Assembly: GCA_965204535.1 (NCBI GenBank) | Contig: CBDBEV010000001.1 | Location: 1,792,001-1,856,000, forward strand | Source: a bacterium | Lineage (GTDB): Bacteria; UBA8248 | Reading direction: 5' to 3' | DNA: 64,000 nt | Shown here: one piece after another, positions 48,201 to 58,337 of the stretch | How the letters are laid out: the number at the start of each line of letters is the position of its first letter | Numbering within the stretch: the stretch's first letter is position 1 | Notes under the pieces: generated by a model | What the model was told of the DNA's origin: nothing | The model's input: the letters and a program-made list of their open reading frames with translations, nothing else | Database searches by the model: none | Translations under genes and position numbers: made by a program

Positions 48201-49103
48201 TTACCAGCCTGACGGCTCGCTCTCGAAAATCCCGAGCGATTCGAGTGTGTTTCTGGTATGGGCCTTGGCGTCATCGTCGAGGGACAGGATGGGTTTTCGC
48301 GTCTCGCCGACGGGACGACCCATGAGCTCCATCGCGTATTTCACGGTCGCCGGATAGTTCGTCTGCAGCAAGTGCAAGAGTATGTCCATCTTATATTGCA
48401 GGGCGCGTGCTTTGTCATAATCTCCCGAGACGCAGGCGTCATAAAGGGACAGAACCATCCTCGGAGCGACTTCCCCGCAATTGGAGAACGACCCCGAGCC
48501 GCCGACGGGGATCGACGTAAGGAGCCATTCGATCCCGGTAAACACGGAAAAATCTGATCGAGCGGCGGACGCGATGCGGCACGCGCCCGTGAAATAGTTC
48601 ATGTCGAAACTCGCGTCTTTCAAGGCGTAGAAGTTCGGGAGTTTTTCGAGCATCTCTTCCAGCATGTCGTGGGAGATGGTCACCTGGAGACTCGGGTTGT
48701 TGTAGGCGATCATCGTGATGCCCACGCACCCCCCCATCGTCAGGAAATAATCCAGATGGGCCTCATCCCCGGGCCTCCAATGATAGGGCGAGAGCACGAC
48801 GATTCCCGTCGCGCCTACAGCTTCGGCGTGCCTCGCCAATTCAGTGGAAATATCCGGTCCCGAAGCGGTCACGTTCACGAAGGCGGGAACGCGGCCAGCG
48901 GCCGTGTCCACCAGAAGACGCGCCAGCTCCTTGCGTTCGTATTCACTCAGATTGATGGACTCGCCGATGTGCATGGGATGGGCGATGAAGGGAAAGCCCT
49001 GTTCGATAAGAAAATCTACTTGCTTCGCGAAGGTGTCGTAATCAATGCCGCCATCGGGCTTGAACGCCGTCGTGGGCGCTCCCATGATCCCCTTGAGCTT
49101 CAC
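48201..49103 (-). CDS. Dihydrodipicolinate synthase family protein
   Basis: APTTAF, GESINLS..ER, YNNP, LKDAS, GETRKP; GTG start overlaps the BVMO stop. Confidence 0.87.
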   Translation of the reverse strand: MKLKGIMGAPTTAFKPDGGIDYDTFAKQVDFLIEQGFPFIAHPMHIGESINLSEYERKELARLLVDTAAGRVPAFVNVTASGPDISTELARHAEAVGATGIVVLSPYHWRPGDEAHLDYFLTMGGCVGITMIAYNNPSLQVTISHDMLEEMLEKLPNFYALKDASFDMNYFTGACRIASAARSDFSVFTGIEWLLTSIPVGGSGSFSNCGEVAPRMVLSLYDACVSGDYDKARALQYKMDILLHLLQTNYPATVKYAMELMGRPVGETRKPILSLDDDAKAHTRNTLESLGIFESEPSGW

Positions 49104-50770
49104 TCGGTCTCCCTCACCTCGGGTGCGGCCAGCCCCGAACCGCAAGGAACGGCTTCCTCGTCACGAATCAGATGAAACCCCTCGTATCCCGCCTCCACGA
49201 TCTCTGCGCATTTTTTCGAATAGACGTCGAATCCGGCGATGTAGGGCATGAACACGCGCGGCTTGCCCGGTATGTTCGCGCCCAGATACCAGGAGGTGCA
49301 CTTGTAGCGGATCGTCTTGGCGGTCTCCTCGTTGTTGTGCGCCACCCAGGCGTCCTCCGCCTCCACCGTGGCTTCGATGGATTTCTTCCCGTTTTCGCGC
49401 AAATACACGAGACACGCGCCTATCCACTCGACGTGATGGTCGATGGAAGTCTGCATGTTCGTGAGCACCGAGGGGCTTCCGGGACCGGTGATGGTGAACA
49501 TGTTCGGGAAACCCGCCGTCATGAGGCCGAGATAGGTGCGGGGGCCTTCTTTCCATTTATCCTGCAAGGTGCGTCCGCCGCGCCCACGGATGTCGATTCT
49601 GAGCAGGGTGCCCGTCATGGCGTCGAACCCCGTGGCCAGAATGAGGGTGTCGATGTCATACACTCGGCCCCCCGTCACCACTCCTTCCGGCGTTATCCTC
49701 TCGATGGGCGATTCGCTCACGTCGATCAGGTGTACGTTCGGGCGGTTATAGGCCTCGAAATACTCCGTTATCACACAAAGACGCTTGCAGCCGATGACGG
49801 TTGTGGGGCAAAGCAGTTCCGCTGTTTTCGGATCCTTCACGATTTCCCGAATCTTGTTGCGCACGAATTCGCCCGCCGTCTGGTTCGCCTCCTCGCTGTA
49901 GCGCAAATCCGTGAAGGCGGAGAGGAACGGCAGACCCCCGTGCGCCCAGCGTTTCTCGAATTCGCGCTCGCGTTCTTCTTCGCCGACCTTCAAAGCCTCC
50001 TTATCGCCAAAGGTCTGATCGAAACCCGTGGCCGACTTCTTGGCCCTCGCCCTGATTTCGGGGTAATCCGCCTTCACCTCGCGCACCCGCTCCTCGCTGA
50101 TGGGGCCGTTGTGCGCGGGCACGGCGTAGTGCGCCGTTCTCTGGAAAACGAAAACATCGTCCGCCTCGCGCGCGATGATGGGGATGGACTGCATCGCGGA
50201 TGAGCCCGTTCCGATCACGCCCACTCTCCTTCCCGAGAAACCCACCTTCTCATGCGGCCAGAGACCGGTGTGGTAAACGGGGCCGTTAAAATCGTCCAAG
50301 CCCTCGAAAGCGGGAATATTGGGCGAGGAGAGACATCCGGTGGCCATCACGCAAAACCTCGCCGTGATTCGCTCGCCGCCGTCGGTCTCGACGACCCAGC
50401 GGCTTGCTTCCTCATCGAAGACGGCGGAGACGATGCGCGTGTTGAACACGATGTCTCTTCTCAAATCGAAGCGGTCGGCCACGTGCTCGACATAGCGGAG
50501 AATCTCGGGCTGGCCGGCGTAGCGCTCCGTCCACTCCCAATCTTGTTGGAGTTCTTCAGAAAACTGATAGGAATACTGGACGCTCTCCGTGTCGCACCGC
50601 GCGCCCGGGTAGCGGTTCCAGTACCAGGTGCCCCCCACGTCGCCGCCCGCCTCGTATACGCGCGCCGTAAAGCCGCGCGAGCGCAACCGGTAAAGCATGA
50701 AAAGACCGGCGACGCCCGCGCCGACGATGAGGGCGTCGAGGTCCGTTTTCGCCTTGTTCTTCAACGTCAA
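49100..50770 (-). CDS. Type I Baeyer-Villiger monooxygenase (cyclohexanone monooxygenase-like)
   Basis: GAGVAG, GGTWYWNRYPGARCD, BVMO fingerprint FNGPVYHTGLWP, GTGSS, ATGFD, SWYLGANIPGKPR. Confidence 0.93.
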   Translation of the reverse strand: MTLKNKAKTDLDALIVGAGVAGLFMLYRLRSRGFTARVYEAGGDVGGTWYWNRYPGARCDTESVQYSYQFSEELQQDWEWTERYAGQPEILRYVEHVADRFDLRRDIVFNTRIVSAVFDEEASRWVVETDGGERITARFCVMATGCLSSPNIPAFEGLDDFNGPVYHTGLWPHEKVGFSGRRVGVIGTGSSAMQSIPIIAREADDVFVFQRTAHYAVPAHNGPISEERVREVKADYPEIRARAKKSATGFDQTFGDKEALKVGEEEREREFEKRWAHGGLPFLSAFTDLRYSEEANQTAGEFVRNKIREIVKDPKTAELLCPTTVIGCKRLCVITEYFEAYNRPNVHLIDVSESPIERITPEGVVTGGRVYDIDTLILATGFDAMTGTLLRIDIRGRGGRTLQDKWKEGPRTYLGLMTAGFPNMFTITGPGSPSVLTNMQTSIDHHVEWIGACLVYLRENGKKSIEATVEAEDAWVAHNNEETAKTIRYKCTSWYLGANIPGKPRVFMPYIAGFDVYSKKCAEIVEAGYEGFHLIRDEEAVPCGSGLAAPEVRETE

Positions 50771-51402
50771 AACCCCTTACCTGTTTATATTTCAGTCATT
50801 TAAGCCGCAAAAAATTTTCAGTTATTTATCGAAAAACCTCGTGAATTTATCTGATTTTATCGAATTTTTCGGAAATTCCGAAAGCGCGTTCGCGCGCGGA
50901 GCCCATCCGGAAAGCCTCGTTCGACGCCCCCGCGCCTCATCGTCCGCTCCCGTCTCGATGCGCTCCCGCAAACGCCTCCTCTCGCAAGCCGGATGCCCGG
51001 CCCGGTGGAGAGCCTCGGGCGCCAGGGCAGCGAAACGCCCGGCTCGCGCGATACGCGCAAGTGCGGGTAAATATGGCGCGCGGCCGACATCGCCGACCTG
51101 CTCATCGATCAGGCACGGCGCCTCCCGGCGCATGGAGCCGTAATTCGACGTATCCATGAATAACATATGTTCCATGCCAATGATAGCAGTTGCGGCACAG
51201 ACCCGGTGGGGAGACCGGAGCGGTTCGTCCCGGCTTTTCCGCCTGCCGATTTCATTGTCGGTTTATCTTTTTTTGATTTTACACGGCGGCATCTCGGCAT
51301 GGATTCCGGCTTTCGCCGGAATTACGGTGTTGCGACCTCTCCGGAAGGGTGTCGTAGGGGCGCTTCGTGAAGCGCCCGGTTCTCCGGCAAGGGCCGTTCC
51401 AC

Positions 51403-51434
51403 AAAAAAACGCCCCGCTCGGGAGGAGCGGGGCG
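51403..51434 (-). terminator. Rho-independent terminator of bcp
   Basis: Minus strand CGCCCCGCTC-CTCCC-GAGCGGGGCG-TTTTTTT. Confidence 0.85.
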
Positions 51435-51451
51435 AGGGGATGCAGGGTTTC

Positions 51452-51910
51452 CTAAAGCGCCTTCAGCACGTCCTTCGTATGGCCGGCCACCTTCACGTCC
51501 TTGAACACCTTCTCGATGACGCCCTTCTCATCGATGATGTAGGTGGTGCGGTAGATGCCGTTGAACTTCTCGCCGAACAGCGTCTTCTCCCCGTAGGCCC
51601 CGTATTTGGACGAGATGAGGCCGTCGGGGTCCGCCAGCAGGGTGAAGTCCAGCTCCAGTTGCTCGGAGAACTTCTTGTGGCTGACCTCGTTGTCCGGACT
51701 CACGCCGATTACGGTCGCGTTTTTCTTCTGAATCTTTCCCAGCTGCTTGTTGAAGTCCCGCGCCTCCGCCGTGCATCCGGGCGTGTTGTCCTTGGGATAG
51801 AAGTAGAGCACGACCTTCTGGCCCTTGTACTTCGAGAGCCGGTGCACCTTGCCGTTCTCATCTCTCAAGGCGAAGGCGGGGGCTTTCGCTCCTTCTTTTA
51901 ACGCTGCCAT
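51452..51910 (-). CDS. bcp: Peroxiredoxin Bcp/PrxQ (single Cys)
   Basis: VVLYFYPKDNTPGCTAEA, GVSPD, RTTYIID. Confidence 0.9.
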   Translation of the reverse strand: MAALKEGAKAPAFALRDENGKVHRLSKYKGQKVVLYFYPKDNTPGCTAEARDFNKQLGKIQKKNATVIGVSPDNEVSHKKFSEQLELDFTLLADPDGLISSKYGAYGEKTLFGEKFNGIYRTTYIIDEKGVIEKVFKDVKVAGHTKDVLKAL

Positions 51911-52048
51911 TTCGCCCCCCTGTCGTTGCAGTTCCAGAGTTCAAAAAAACCACGCGTCTTGAGCCGCATGTTTGAGATATTGCAGGAGTAATCGACGTTC
52001 GGATGATTATACTGCCACAGATCGGGAGAGACTTCAAGCGTGTCCGGG

Positions 52049-52240
52049 TTAGGGAGAGTTTTGCTTTGATGCAACGGGGAGTCCGAAGAACTTTTCGATT
52101 GGGGCAATATCGGTTTTCGGCTTAACATCATGAAACTTATCCGCTAATTCCTCCGCCTTGCGCAATGACACGCTTTTGCTTACATCATCGGTTTTTGCGT
52201 CTTTTACGATATCTTCGATTTTCTTCGCCAAGTTAGTCAT
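52049..52240 (-). CDS. Small hypothetical protein
   Basis: Strong RBS GGAGGTGAG before ATG 52240; directly downstream of the SDH protease. Confidence 0.6.
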   Translation of the reverse strand: MTNLAKKIEDIVKDAKTDDVSKSVSLRKAEELADKFHDVKPKTDIAPIEKFFGLPVASKQNSP

Positions 52241-52251
52241 GCTCACCTCCT

Positions 52252-53139
52252 CTACGGATCATATGGACCGACGCGATGGTTGTGCAAGAAAAATCCGAGA
52301 CCCATTCGGTCAATAAATCCAGTAAGACTATCATTATACTGACGAATAAGGTTTCTTAACTCTTCATCGTCGGAATAGTCATCGATTTCAATTCTTAGAT
52401 CTTTTAATTTTATCGTATCTAAATTGCGTCCATGAGACCGCCACCGCTTGTGGTCGGCGAGCGCGACCGCTATTTCTTCGGCGCGTTCTTGTTTTTCGTC
52501 GGGCGTTACCACGGCTCCGACGTTATTAGTCCGATGATGTGTCCAATTCTTAAACTTATATTTGACCAACCACTCCTTCAGTAAATCGCGAGAGAGATCG
52601 CGAGCCTGCTCAAACAATGCGAGCTTCGCCAAATCTAAACTTTTCAGCAACACCACATCCGCAGGAGCCAAATCCCCCTTTTCTGTTATTTCCTTCACTT
52701 TGTCCAAATAACCGAGCGCTGGAATATAATCGCCCGTGTCTGGGGCTGGTATTTGCGGATCTATCGGCCCTAAACTTGAAGCATAGTCCATGTATATCTT
52801 ATCGCCCGACATGCAGAGTATGGTGCCCGCAGACATGGCAAGATCAGGAACAACAAAGTAAACGCTACGATAGTGCTTTCGCAAAACGGCTACGATGCGT
52901 TCCGTTGTTTCCACCGAGCCCCCGCCAGTGCGCAAAAACATGGCAATGGCGTTTTCGTTTCTATCGCTACTGTCATTTACTTTTTCAATGAAGTCGCGAA
53001 ACGATCGAAAATGCCCGGGGTGAATTGAGCCGTGATAGAAAACGACATCGGCCTTAAAGACGTCCTCCAGCTTACGTGCGCAATTATTGACGATATCAAA
53101 AATCGATTTATCTAAAAGATCTGGAACCATTGGAAACAT
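52252..53139 (-). CDS. SDH-family Clp-fold serine protease
   Basis: LRTGGGSVE, AMSAGT (Ser), LGPIDPQ (Asp), WRSHGR (His). Confidence 0.85.
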   Translation of the reverse strand: MFPMVPDLLDKSIFDIVNNCARKLEDVFKADVVFYHGSIHPGHFRSFRDFIEKVNDSSDRNENAIAMFLRTGGGSVETTERIVAVLRKHYRSVYFVVPDLAMSAGTILCMSGDKIYMDYASSLGPIDPQIPAPDTGDYIPALGYLDKVKEITEKGDLAPADVVLLKSLDLAKLALFEQARDLSRDLLKEWLVKYKFKNWTHHRTNNVGAVVTPDEKQERAEEIAVALADHKRWRSHGRNLDTIKLKDLRIEIDDYSDDEELRNLIRQYNDSLTGFIDRMGLGFFLHNHRVGPYDP

Positions 53140-53283
53140 TCATTTCGGCGGCTATATTTATGAGCTTCGAACTCTACCGTTTCGTCAGCAAAACCAATAG
53201 TGCTTCCGCCCCAGCTCGAGTTCCTGCGACGTATGTCAATACCATGATACAAGAATTTCCAGCGCAAACAATACACCCCGGCG

Positions 53284-54135
53284 TTACAGCCCCCAGTCGC
53301 GGGCGTAGCGGAAATCGCGGTCGATGGTGCGCTGGCTGAGCTTGGCGATGAGCGGCAGGCGTCTTTTGTACTGGCTGCGCTGCACGAGGCGCTGGATGCC
53401 GTCCACGAGCTCGGGCGGGAAGCCTTCGCCGAGCAGTTCCTCGCGCGTGTAGCGGCAGTCGATCATCCGGTACAGGACGGCGTCGGCCACCTCGTAGGTG
53501 TAGCCGAGTTCCTGCTCGTCGGTCTGGCCCACCCACAAGTCCGCGCTCGGGGCCTTCTCCACCACCTGCGCCGGCACGCCGACGTGGCGCGAGAGCTGGC
53601 GCACCTGCGTCTTGAACAGATCGCCGATGGGGTTCACCGCGCTCGCCATGTCGCCGAAGAGCGTCCCGTAGCCGAGCAGGAGTTCGGTCTTGTTGCTCGT
53701 GCCCACCACCAGCGCGCCGAGGAAGGCCGAATGATCGTATAAAATCGTCATCCGCTCGCGCGCCATCTTGTTGCCCCGGCGCAGGTTGTCCGCATCGGGA
53801 AAGCGCTCGTAATAGGCGTCCACCTGGGGGGAGATGTCCACCACCTCGATATGGATGTTGCTCTTCTCGGCCACCGCGCGCGCATCGGCCTCGCTCTGGG
53901 GGTTCGAGAGTCGGTAGGGCATGATGACGCCCGTCACGTTCTCGGGCCCCATGGCGCGTGCGGCCAGAAAGGCGGAGAGCGCGCTGTCGATCCCGCCCGA
54001 AAGGCCCAGGACGAGCTTCTTCACGCCCACTTTCGAAACCTCATCGCGAATGAAGCCCGCCAGCAGGCCGGTTGCCAGCTCGCCGTCGAGCTCCAGTTCC
54101 GTCATCGCGTCTTCGATGATGCCTTCGTCGAGCAA
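53284..54135 (-). CDS. nadE: NAD+ synthetase (synthetase domain only)
   Basis: [54 protein letters not shown]. Confidence 0.93.
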   Translation of the reverse strand: MLDEGIIEDAMTELELDGELATGLLAGFIRDEVSKVGVKKLVLGLSGGIDSALSAFLAARAMGPENVTGVIMPYRLSNPQSEADARAVAEKSNIHIEVVDISPQVDAYYERFPDADNLRRGNKMARERMTILYDHSAFLGALVVGTSNKTELLLGYGTLFGDMASAVNPIGDLFKTQVRQLSRHVGVPAQVVEKAPSADLWVGQTDEQELGYTYEVADAVLYRMIDCRYTREELLGEGFPPELVDGIQRLVQRSQYKRRLPLIAKLSQRTIDRDFRYARDWGL

Positions 54136-54271
54136 AACGATTCTCCGCTGCGTGAAATCCTCTGATGCTGTTCCGCCCCTATCATGCCTCCCGCGCACGC
54201 GCTCCGCAACGGCCTTGCGCCATTGACGCCGCGCGAGACCCGGGGATGTCCTTCCCCCATCCACCGCTCAT

Positions 54272-54625
54272 GGGGCTGTTCAAAAACACCATCGAAGAGG
54301 AAGTGCCGCCTGGAAAACCAACCCCCCCTACCCCCCCTTGTCAGGGGGGTATGAAAAGGCGACGCCCGCCGCTGGTAGAGGAACTTTTGTTTTTTCTTGC
54401 CCCCTTGCCAGTGGGGCTTTCTTTTTTTACCCCCCTGACAAGGGGGGGTAGGGGGGGTTGCCTTTCCAGTCTAGAGGGCATCCTTCGATACGGCGCTTGC
54501 GCGCCTACTCAGGATGAGGTGGATAGAGCTTTTTCAACAGACCCCTCAAGGGGGGAGTGATTCTTCTCTCTCGCCGGTAGGTAATATACACTGAATCTCG
54601 AAAGAATGACTTTTTCAACAACCCC
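54272..54625. repeat. IS-end-bounded mosaic (P, CTCAxCCTGAG and Q repeats)
   Basis: GGGGCTGTTCAAAAAC at 54272; right ends at 54544 and 54625; flanks CTCAT / CTCAA / CTTAT. Confidence 0.8.
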
Positions 54626-54641
54626 CTTATCTGGAGTCCTT

Positions 54642-55421
54642 ATGCCGTACGTGGGAAACATCGAAGACTTGAAATGGGTCTACGACCAGGCGGAGGCGAT
54701 GCGCAAAGGCTCGCCCATCCTCATCGACACGCCGAATCTGGAGGTGCGGGTCATCGTCCTTCCGCCGGGCGCTTATCCCCCCTATCACGCGCACCACGAG
54801 GAGATGGACGAGGGCTACCTCATCTATAACGGTCGCGGGCTCATCCTCAACAACGGGCAGACCTTCGAAGTCGCGAAGGGCGACGTTCTCCTGAACCCGC
54901 GCGGTTCGATGCACAACATGAAGAACATAAGCGGCGATGAGTTGATAGAGTTCAATTTCAGAGGCGGCCGGATGCCTTCCGGCTTCCTGCTGCCCGAAGG
55001 CGATCCGCCCCCCAATCCCGACCCCGAGTCGGTGGAAAACCCCCTGGCGCCTCCCGTTCCCTACATCAAGGGCGACGTCGCCGGGCTCACGGGGCCGTTC
55101 GATGCAGGCTCAGTGAAGGAAAAGGGCCTCGCGCGCGCCATCGCCACCGAATACCTCGAATGCCAGATCGTCTCGTTCCCTCCGGGCGGCAGGCCGCACA
55201 TCCACCGGCATCAAGAGACGATGGATGAGGCGACGCTCGTGCTGGAAGGACGCATGAACTTCATCATCGAAGACGAGACCATCGAGGCGGCGGGGGGCGA
55301 TCTCGTCCACACGCCGGGCGGGGCGTGGCACACGGTGCACAACGCGAGCAACGCTCCCGCCGTGCTGTTCAACTTCCGGGGCGGCGCGCTGCCCTCCAAG
55401 ACCGAATGGCGGGATGCGTAG
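54642..55421 (+). CDS. Bicupin protein
   Basis: Two homologous cupin halves: YHAHHEEMDEGY..GSMH..FNFRGG and IHRHQETMDEAT..GAWH..FNFRGG. Confidence 0.85.
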   Translation: MPYVGNIEDLKWVYDQAEAMRKGSPILIDTPNLEVRVIVLPPGAYPPYHAHHEEMDEGYLIYNGRGLILNNGQTFEVAKGDVLLNPRGSMHNMKNISGDELIEFNFRGGRMPSGFLLPEGDPPPNPDPESVENPLAPPVPYIKGDVAGLTGPFDAGSVKEKGLARAIATEYLECQIVSFPPGGRPHIHRHQETMDEATLVLEGRMNFIIEDETIEAAGGDLVHTPGGAWHTVHNASNAPAVLFNFRGGALPSKTEWRDA

Positions 55422-55432
55422 GGGGTCAATCC

Positions 55433-55607
55433 GTAGGGGCGGACCGATGTGTCCGCCCATCTCGATTCGTAAGTCTCTTGTAGGGACAGGCCCCCGTGCC
55501 TGTCCTGGAGAGGGACAACCTCAGGGGCAGAGTTAATTGTAGGGGCCGCATACATGCGGCCCGAGGCTTAACGGCGAAAAGCAGGGCCGCATGTATGCGG
55601 CCCCTAC
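55433..55607. repeat. Cluster of GTAG-type REP-like palindromes
   Basis: GTAGGGGCGGAC..GTCCGCCC; GTAGGGACAGG..CCTGTCC; GTAGGGGCCGCATACATGCGGCCC..GGGCCGCATGTATGCGGCCCCTAC. Confidence 0.8.
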
Positions 55608-55668
55608 AATCTTGTTGCTCATCCAACGGCGCGCAAGTCTTTCGCAAAAACATGCGCATTTTCTTAAC

Positions 55669-56529
55669 TCACCCCGCCCGCGAGCGCTGGATGCGGCGGA
55701 GTTCGCGCAGCGTGAGGTGCAGGTCCTCATCCCGGAGCGTGGGGGATGCGATGCGCGCGCGGCGCACGTTCGCCGTGTCCACTTCGGATACGAGCAATTG
55801 TTCATTGGCGCGCTCGGCCTGGGCGAGCGGCTCCCCGCTGGGCGCGAGTATCTCGGACCCCCCCCAGAAGTTGATGCCGTCCTCATAGCCCACCCGGTTG
55901 CTGAAGACGACGTGCTGGTTGTAGGCCGCGGCGTAGGTTCTCGTGAGCGACTGCCAGACGCGCTGTATCGCGAGGCCGCCCTCGCCGTTCGCCTTGCTGA
56001 CGCCGCGCGCGGGACTCGCCGAGGGAACGATGAGCAGATCCGCGCCGTCGAGCGAGGCGACCCCCGCCAGGCTCGGGTGCCAAGCGTCCTCGCAGATGAG
56101 GATGGCCGCGCGCCCGAACCGCGTGTCGAAGGCGCGCACCTTGTCTCCCCGGCCCACGTAGCGGTTCTCATCGAACAATCCGTACGTCGGCAGATAGACC
56201 TTGCGGTGCACGTGGAGAAGCTCGCCGTTTTCGAAATAGGCGGCCGAATTGAAAAACCCGTGCCTGCGCGACTCCTCGACGAAGCCCACCACCAGGGAGA
56301 GGTTCTTGCTCAAGGCGGCGATTTCCTTCATCGGCGCGGTGTTGCGCTTGATGGCCACCTCGGGGACCATGTCCTTCAGGAAATAGCCGGTGAGCGAGAG
56401 TTCGGGAAAAATGAGGAGATCGACGTTTTCCGCCTCGGCCTTTCTCACTTCCTCCGCCAGCAATTCACGATTCGCTTCGAGGTTCCCGAGCCTCGGGCCA
56501 ATCTGGGCCGCCGCCGCCAGAAATTTCAT
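55669..56529 (-). CDS. Carbon-nitrogen hydrolase; probable glutaminase subunit of NAD synthetase
   Basis: E-K-C triad: FPELSLTGY, HRKVYLPTYGLFDE, LICEDAWH; NRVGYEDG..FWGGS. Confidence 0.85.
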   Translation of the reverse strand: MKFLAAAAQIGPRLGNLEANRELLAEEVRKAEAENVDLLIFPELSLTGYFLKDMVPEVAIKRNTAPMKEIAALSKNLSLVVGFVEESRRHGFFNSAAYFENGELLHVHRKVYLPTYGLFDENRYVGRGDKVRAFDTRFGRAAILICEDAWHPSLAGVASLDGADLLIVPSASPARGVSKANGEGGLAIQRVWQSLTRTYAAAYNQHVVFSNRVGYEDGINFWGGSEILAPSGEPLAQAERANEQLLVSEVDTANVRRARIASPTLRDEDLHLTLRELRRIQRSRAG

Positions 56530-56657
56530 GTCATTTTCCTGTCGAGATCGAATAAGAAACTCATAACGTCCTGCGCACCGCGGGGCGAAACGCCGCGCGC
56601 TCACCTTTGTCTAGCACATTATCAGGGATATAAGAAAACCGGCGCGGGAAAACCGGC

Positions 56658-57032
56658 TCAGATGAAGAGCTTGGTCTCCGCATCTTTCGTTTTCCGCATG
56701 AACTCAGGGAGGCTGATTACCTCGTCCACGACGTCGGCCACGTCTTCGGGCGCCAGGCCCAGGAGCTTGGGCTGCGCGGCGCAGGCGTAAAGCTTAAGCT
56801 TGCCGAGCCTTCTGGCGGACTCGATGAGTTCCTCCGCCGAGTGCGCACCGCGCGCGTTCTCTCCCGCCGGGGTCGCCGCATCGAGTTCGTCATCCACGAA
56901 CCGCCTGAGCGCATCGAAGAAGAGGATGACGTGCACCTCATCCCCGTTCGCGGCGGCACTCGCCGCGAGGGTGGCTATCTGGTGGATGCGTTCGGGCTCG
57001 CCGCTGTGGGCGTATATGACGAACTGGGACAT
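56658..57032 (-). CDS. DsrE/DsrF/DrsH-like family protein
   Basis: ATLAASAAA.GDEVHVILFFDAL ... KLYAC ... KLFI. Confidence 0.75.
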   Translation of the reverse strand: MSQFVIYAHSGEPERIHQIATLAASAAANGDEVHVILFFDALRRFVDDELDAATPAGENARGAHSAEELIESARRLGKLKLYACAAQPKLLGLAPEDVADVVDEVISLPEFMRKTKDAETKLFI

Positions 57033-57099
57033 TTGGGCCTTAAATGTGGCGAAAGGAGGGCGTTGCTAGTCTGCGCGTTTTTATTGCTCCCCCATTGAG

Positions 57100-57463
57100 G
57101 GGTCTGTTGAAAAAGGCCTGACTTCGTGATTCGGCGTATAGGGACGACCGGGGAGGGGACTGTAGGGACAGGTCGCGACCTGTCCCTACAGAACCACCGC
57201 GCCAGTCCGTAATCACTCCCCCCTTGAGGGTCTGGCTTCCCGAGGGGAAAGCCAGACGAAGAGCTAAGGGCATAAGCCCGAAAGCGATTCGGTGGGGGGT
57301 ATAATTCGGAATAGCAGTAAAACGCATTTTACCCCCCACCGATTCAGCCTTCGCATAAATCGCTCGGCTTCATCGACTCCCCCTCAAGGGGGGAGTGATT
57401 TTTCTCTCTCGTCGGTCGGTTACATACGACAAATCCAGAGTTCCGGGCTTTTTCAACAACCCC
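57100..57463. repeat. IS-end-bounded mosaic (GTAG plus family Q repeat)
   Basis: GGGTCTGTTGAAAAAG ... CTTTTTCAACAACCCC; the Q repeat at 57214-57397 shares blocks with 4331-4524. Confidence 0.83.
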
Positions 57464-57549
57464 CTCAAGGGGGGCTTTCCTTCCGATGATCGAAGAATTC
57501 CTCAAATGCCCGATCCGCTTGTGCGAGGAAAAGTGAATCCCAAACCACA

Positions 57550-57819
57550 TCACTCAAAATCTTTCGGCTTCGCATCCTCGAAATCATAGTCGGGCAGATC
57601 CGAGCGGGGCGGCGGGTCGACGCCCTCATCCTGCATGTGGCGAGGCTTCGGGTTCGAGGCCAGGAGATGGGCGACCAAACGATAGACGCCGTACACCAAC
57701 CCGAAGGCCGCGACGAACCAGATCGCTCCCGTAAAATCGCGTTGATAGAAGTAGTAGGCGATGCCCAGCCAGAAAACAAACCCGGCGAATATGCCCAGAG
57801 CCGATCGATTATTCTCCAT
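57550..57819 (-). CDS. Small two-TM membrane protein
   Basis: Two hydrophobic helices and an acidic tail; follows the bactofilin gene. Confidence 0.6.
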   Translation of the reverse strand: MENNRSALGIFAGFVFWLGIAYYFYQRDFTGAIWFVAAFGLVYGVYRLVAHLLASNPKPRHMQDEGVDPPPRSDLPDYDFEDAKPKDFE

Positions 57820-57857
57820 AGCCGGCCGCCTTCTCCGAATCGTCCCGAAGCGCGCGC

Positions 57858-58298
57858 TCAGTCCGCCCCGGGAGCGGATGCCGTGGATTCGCTCTCCCCT
57901 GAATCCTCCTCGGCCTCAGGAGCCTCCTTCGCTTCCTCGGCGCTCGTTATCGAGCCCCTTCCGTCGCCCGTCATGTGGCAGGTCCCCTCGAACACAGCCC
58001 CTTCTTCGATGTATATGCTCGGCGTGAAAATCTCCCCGCTCACGCGGGAGCCGACCCTGATCTCGCACTTTTCCTTGGCCTCTATCTTGCCCTCCATCCG
58101 GCCCATCACGATGACGACGCCGGCCTTGACCTCGGCCTTCACGTTCGCCGCGGTACCGATGATGAAGGTGTCATCCGTGATGACCTCCCCTTCGAGGACG
58201 CCGTCCACGCGCACGGTTCCCTCGAAGGTAATGACGCCCTTGAACTCGGTGCCTTCTCCCAGGAAAGCGCGTATGCTTTTCTCGTAGTTTTTCGCCAT
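57858..58298 (-). CDS. Bactofilin (polymer-forming cytoskeletal protein)
   Basis: FLGEGTEFKG.ITFEGTVRVDG..EG, V.GEI.TPSIYIEEGAVFEGTC.M. Confidence 0.9.
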   Translation of the reverse strand: MAKNYEKSIRAFLGEGTEFKGVITFEGTVRVDGVLEGEVITDDTFIIGTAANVKAEVKAGVVIVMGRMEGKIEAKEKCEIRVGSRVSGEIFTPSIYIEEGAVFEGTCHMTGDGRGSITSAEEAKEAPEAEEDSGESESTASAPGAD

Positions 58299-58337
58299 TC
58301 ATCGATCCTCGCATGAATCCCGATAGAAAAGCCAGGG

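Noticed and set aside
50822-51175. 117-aa ORF upstream of the BVMO
   Set aside because: Low-complexity Arg/Ala-rich sequence with no motif; not supportable as a gene.
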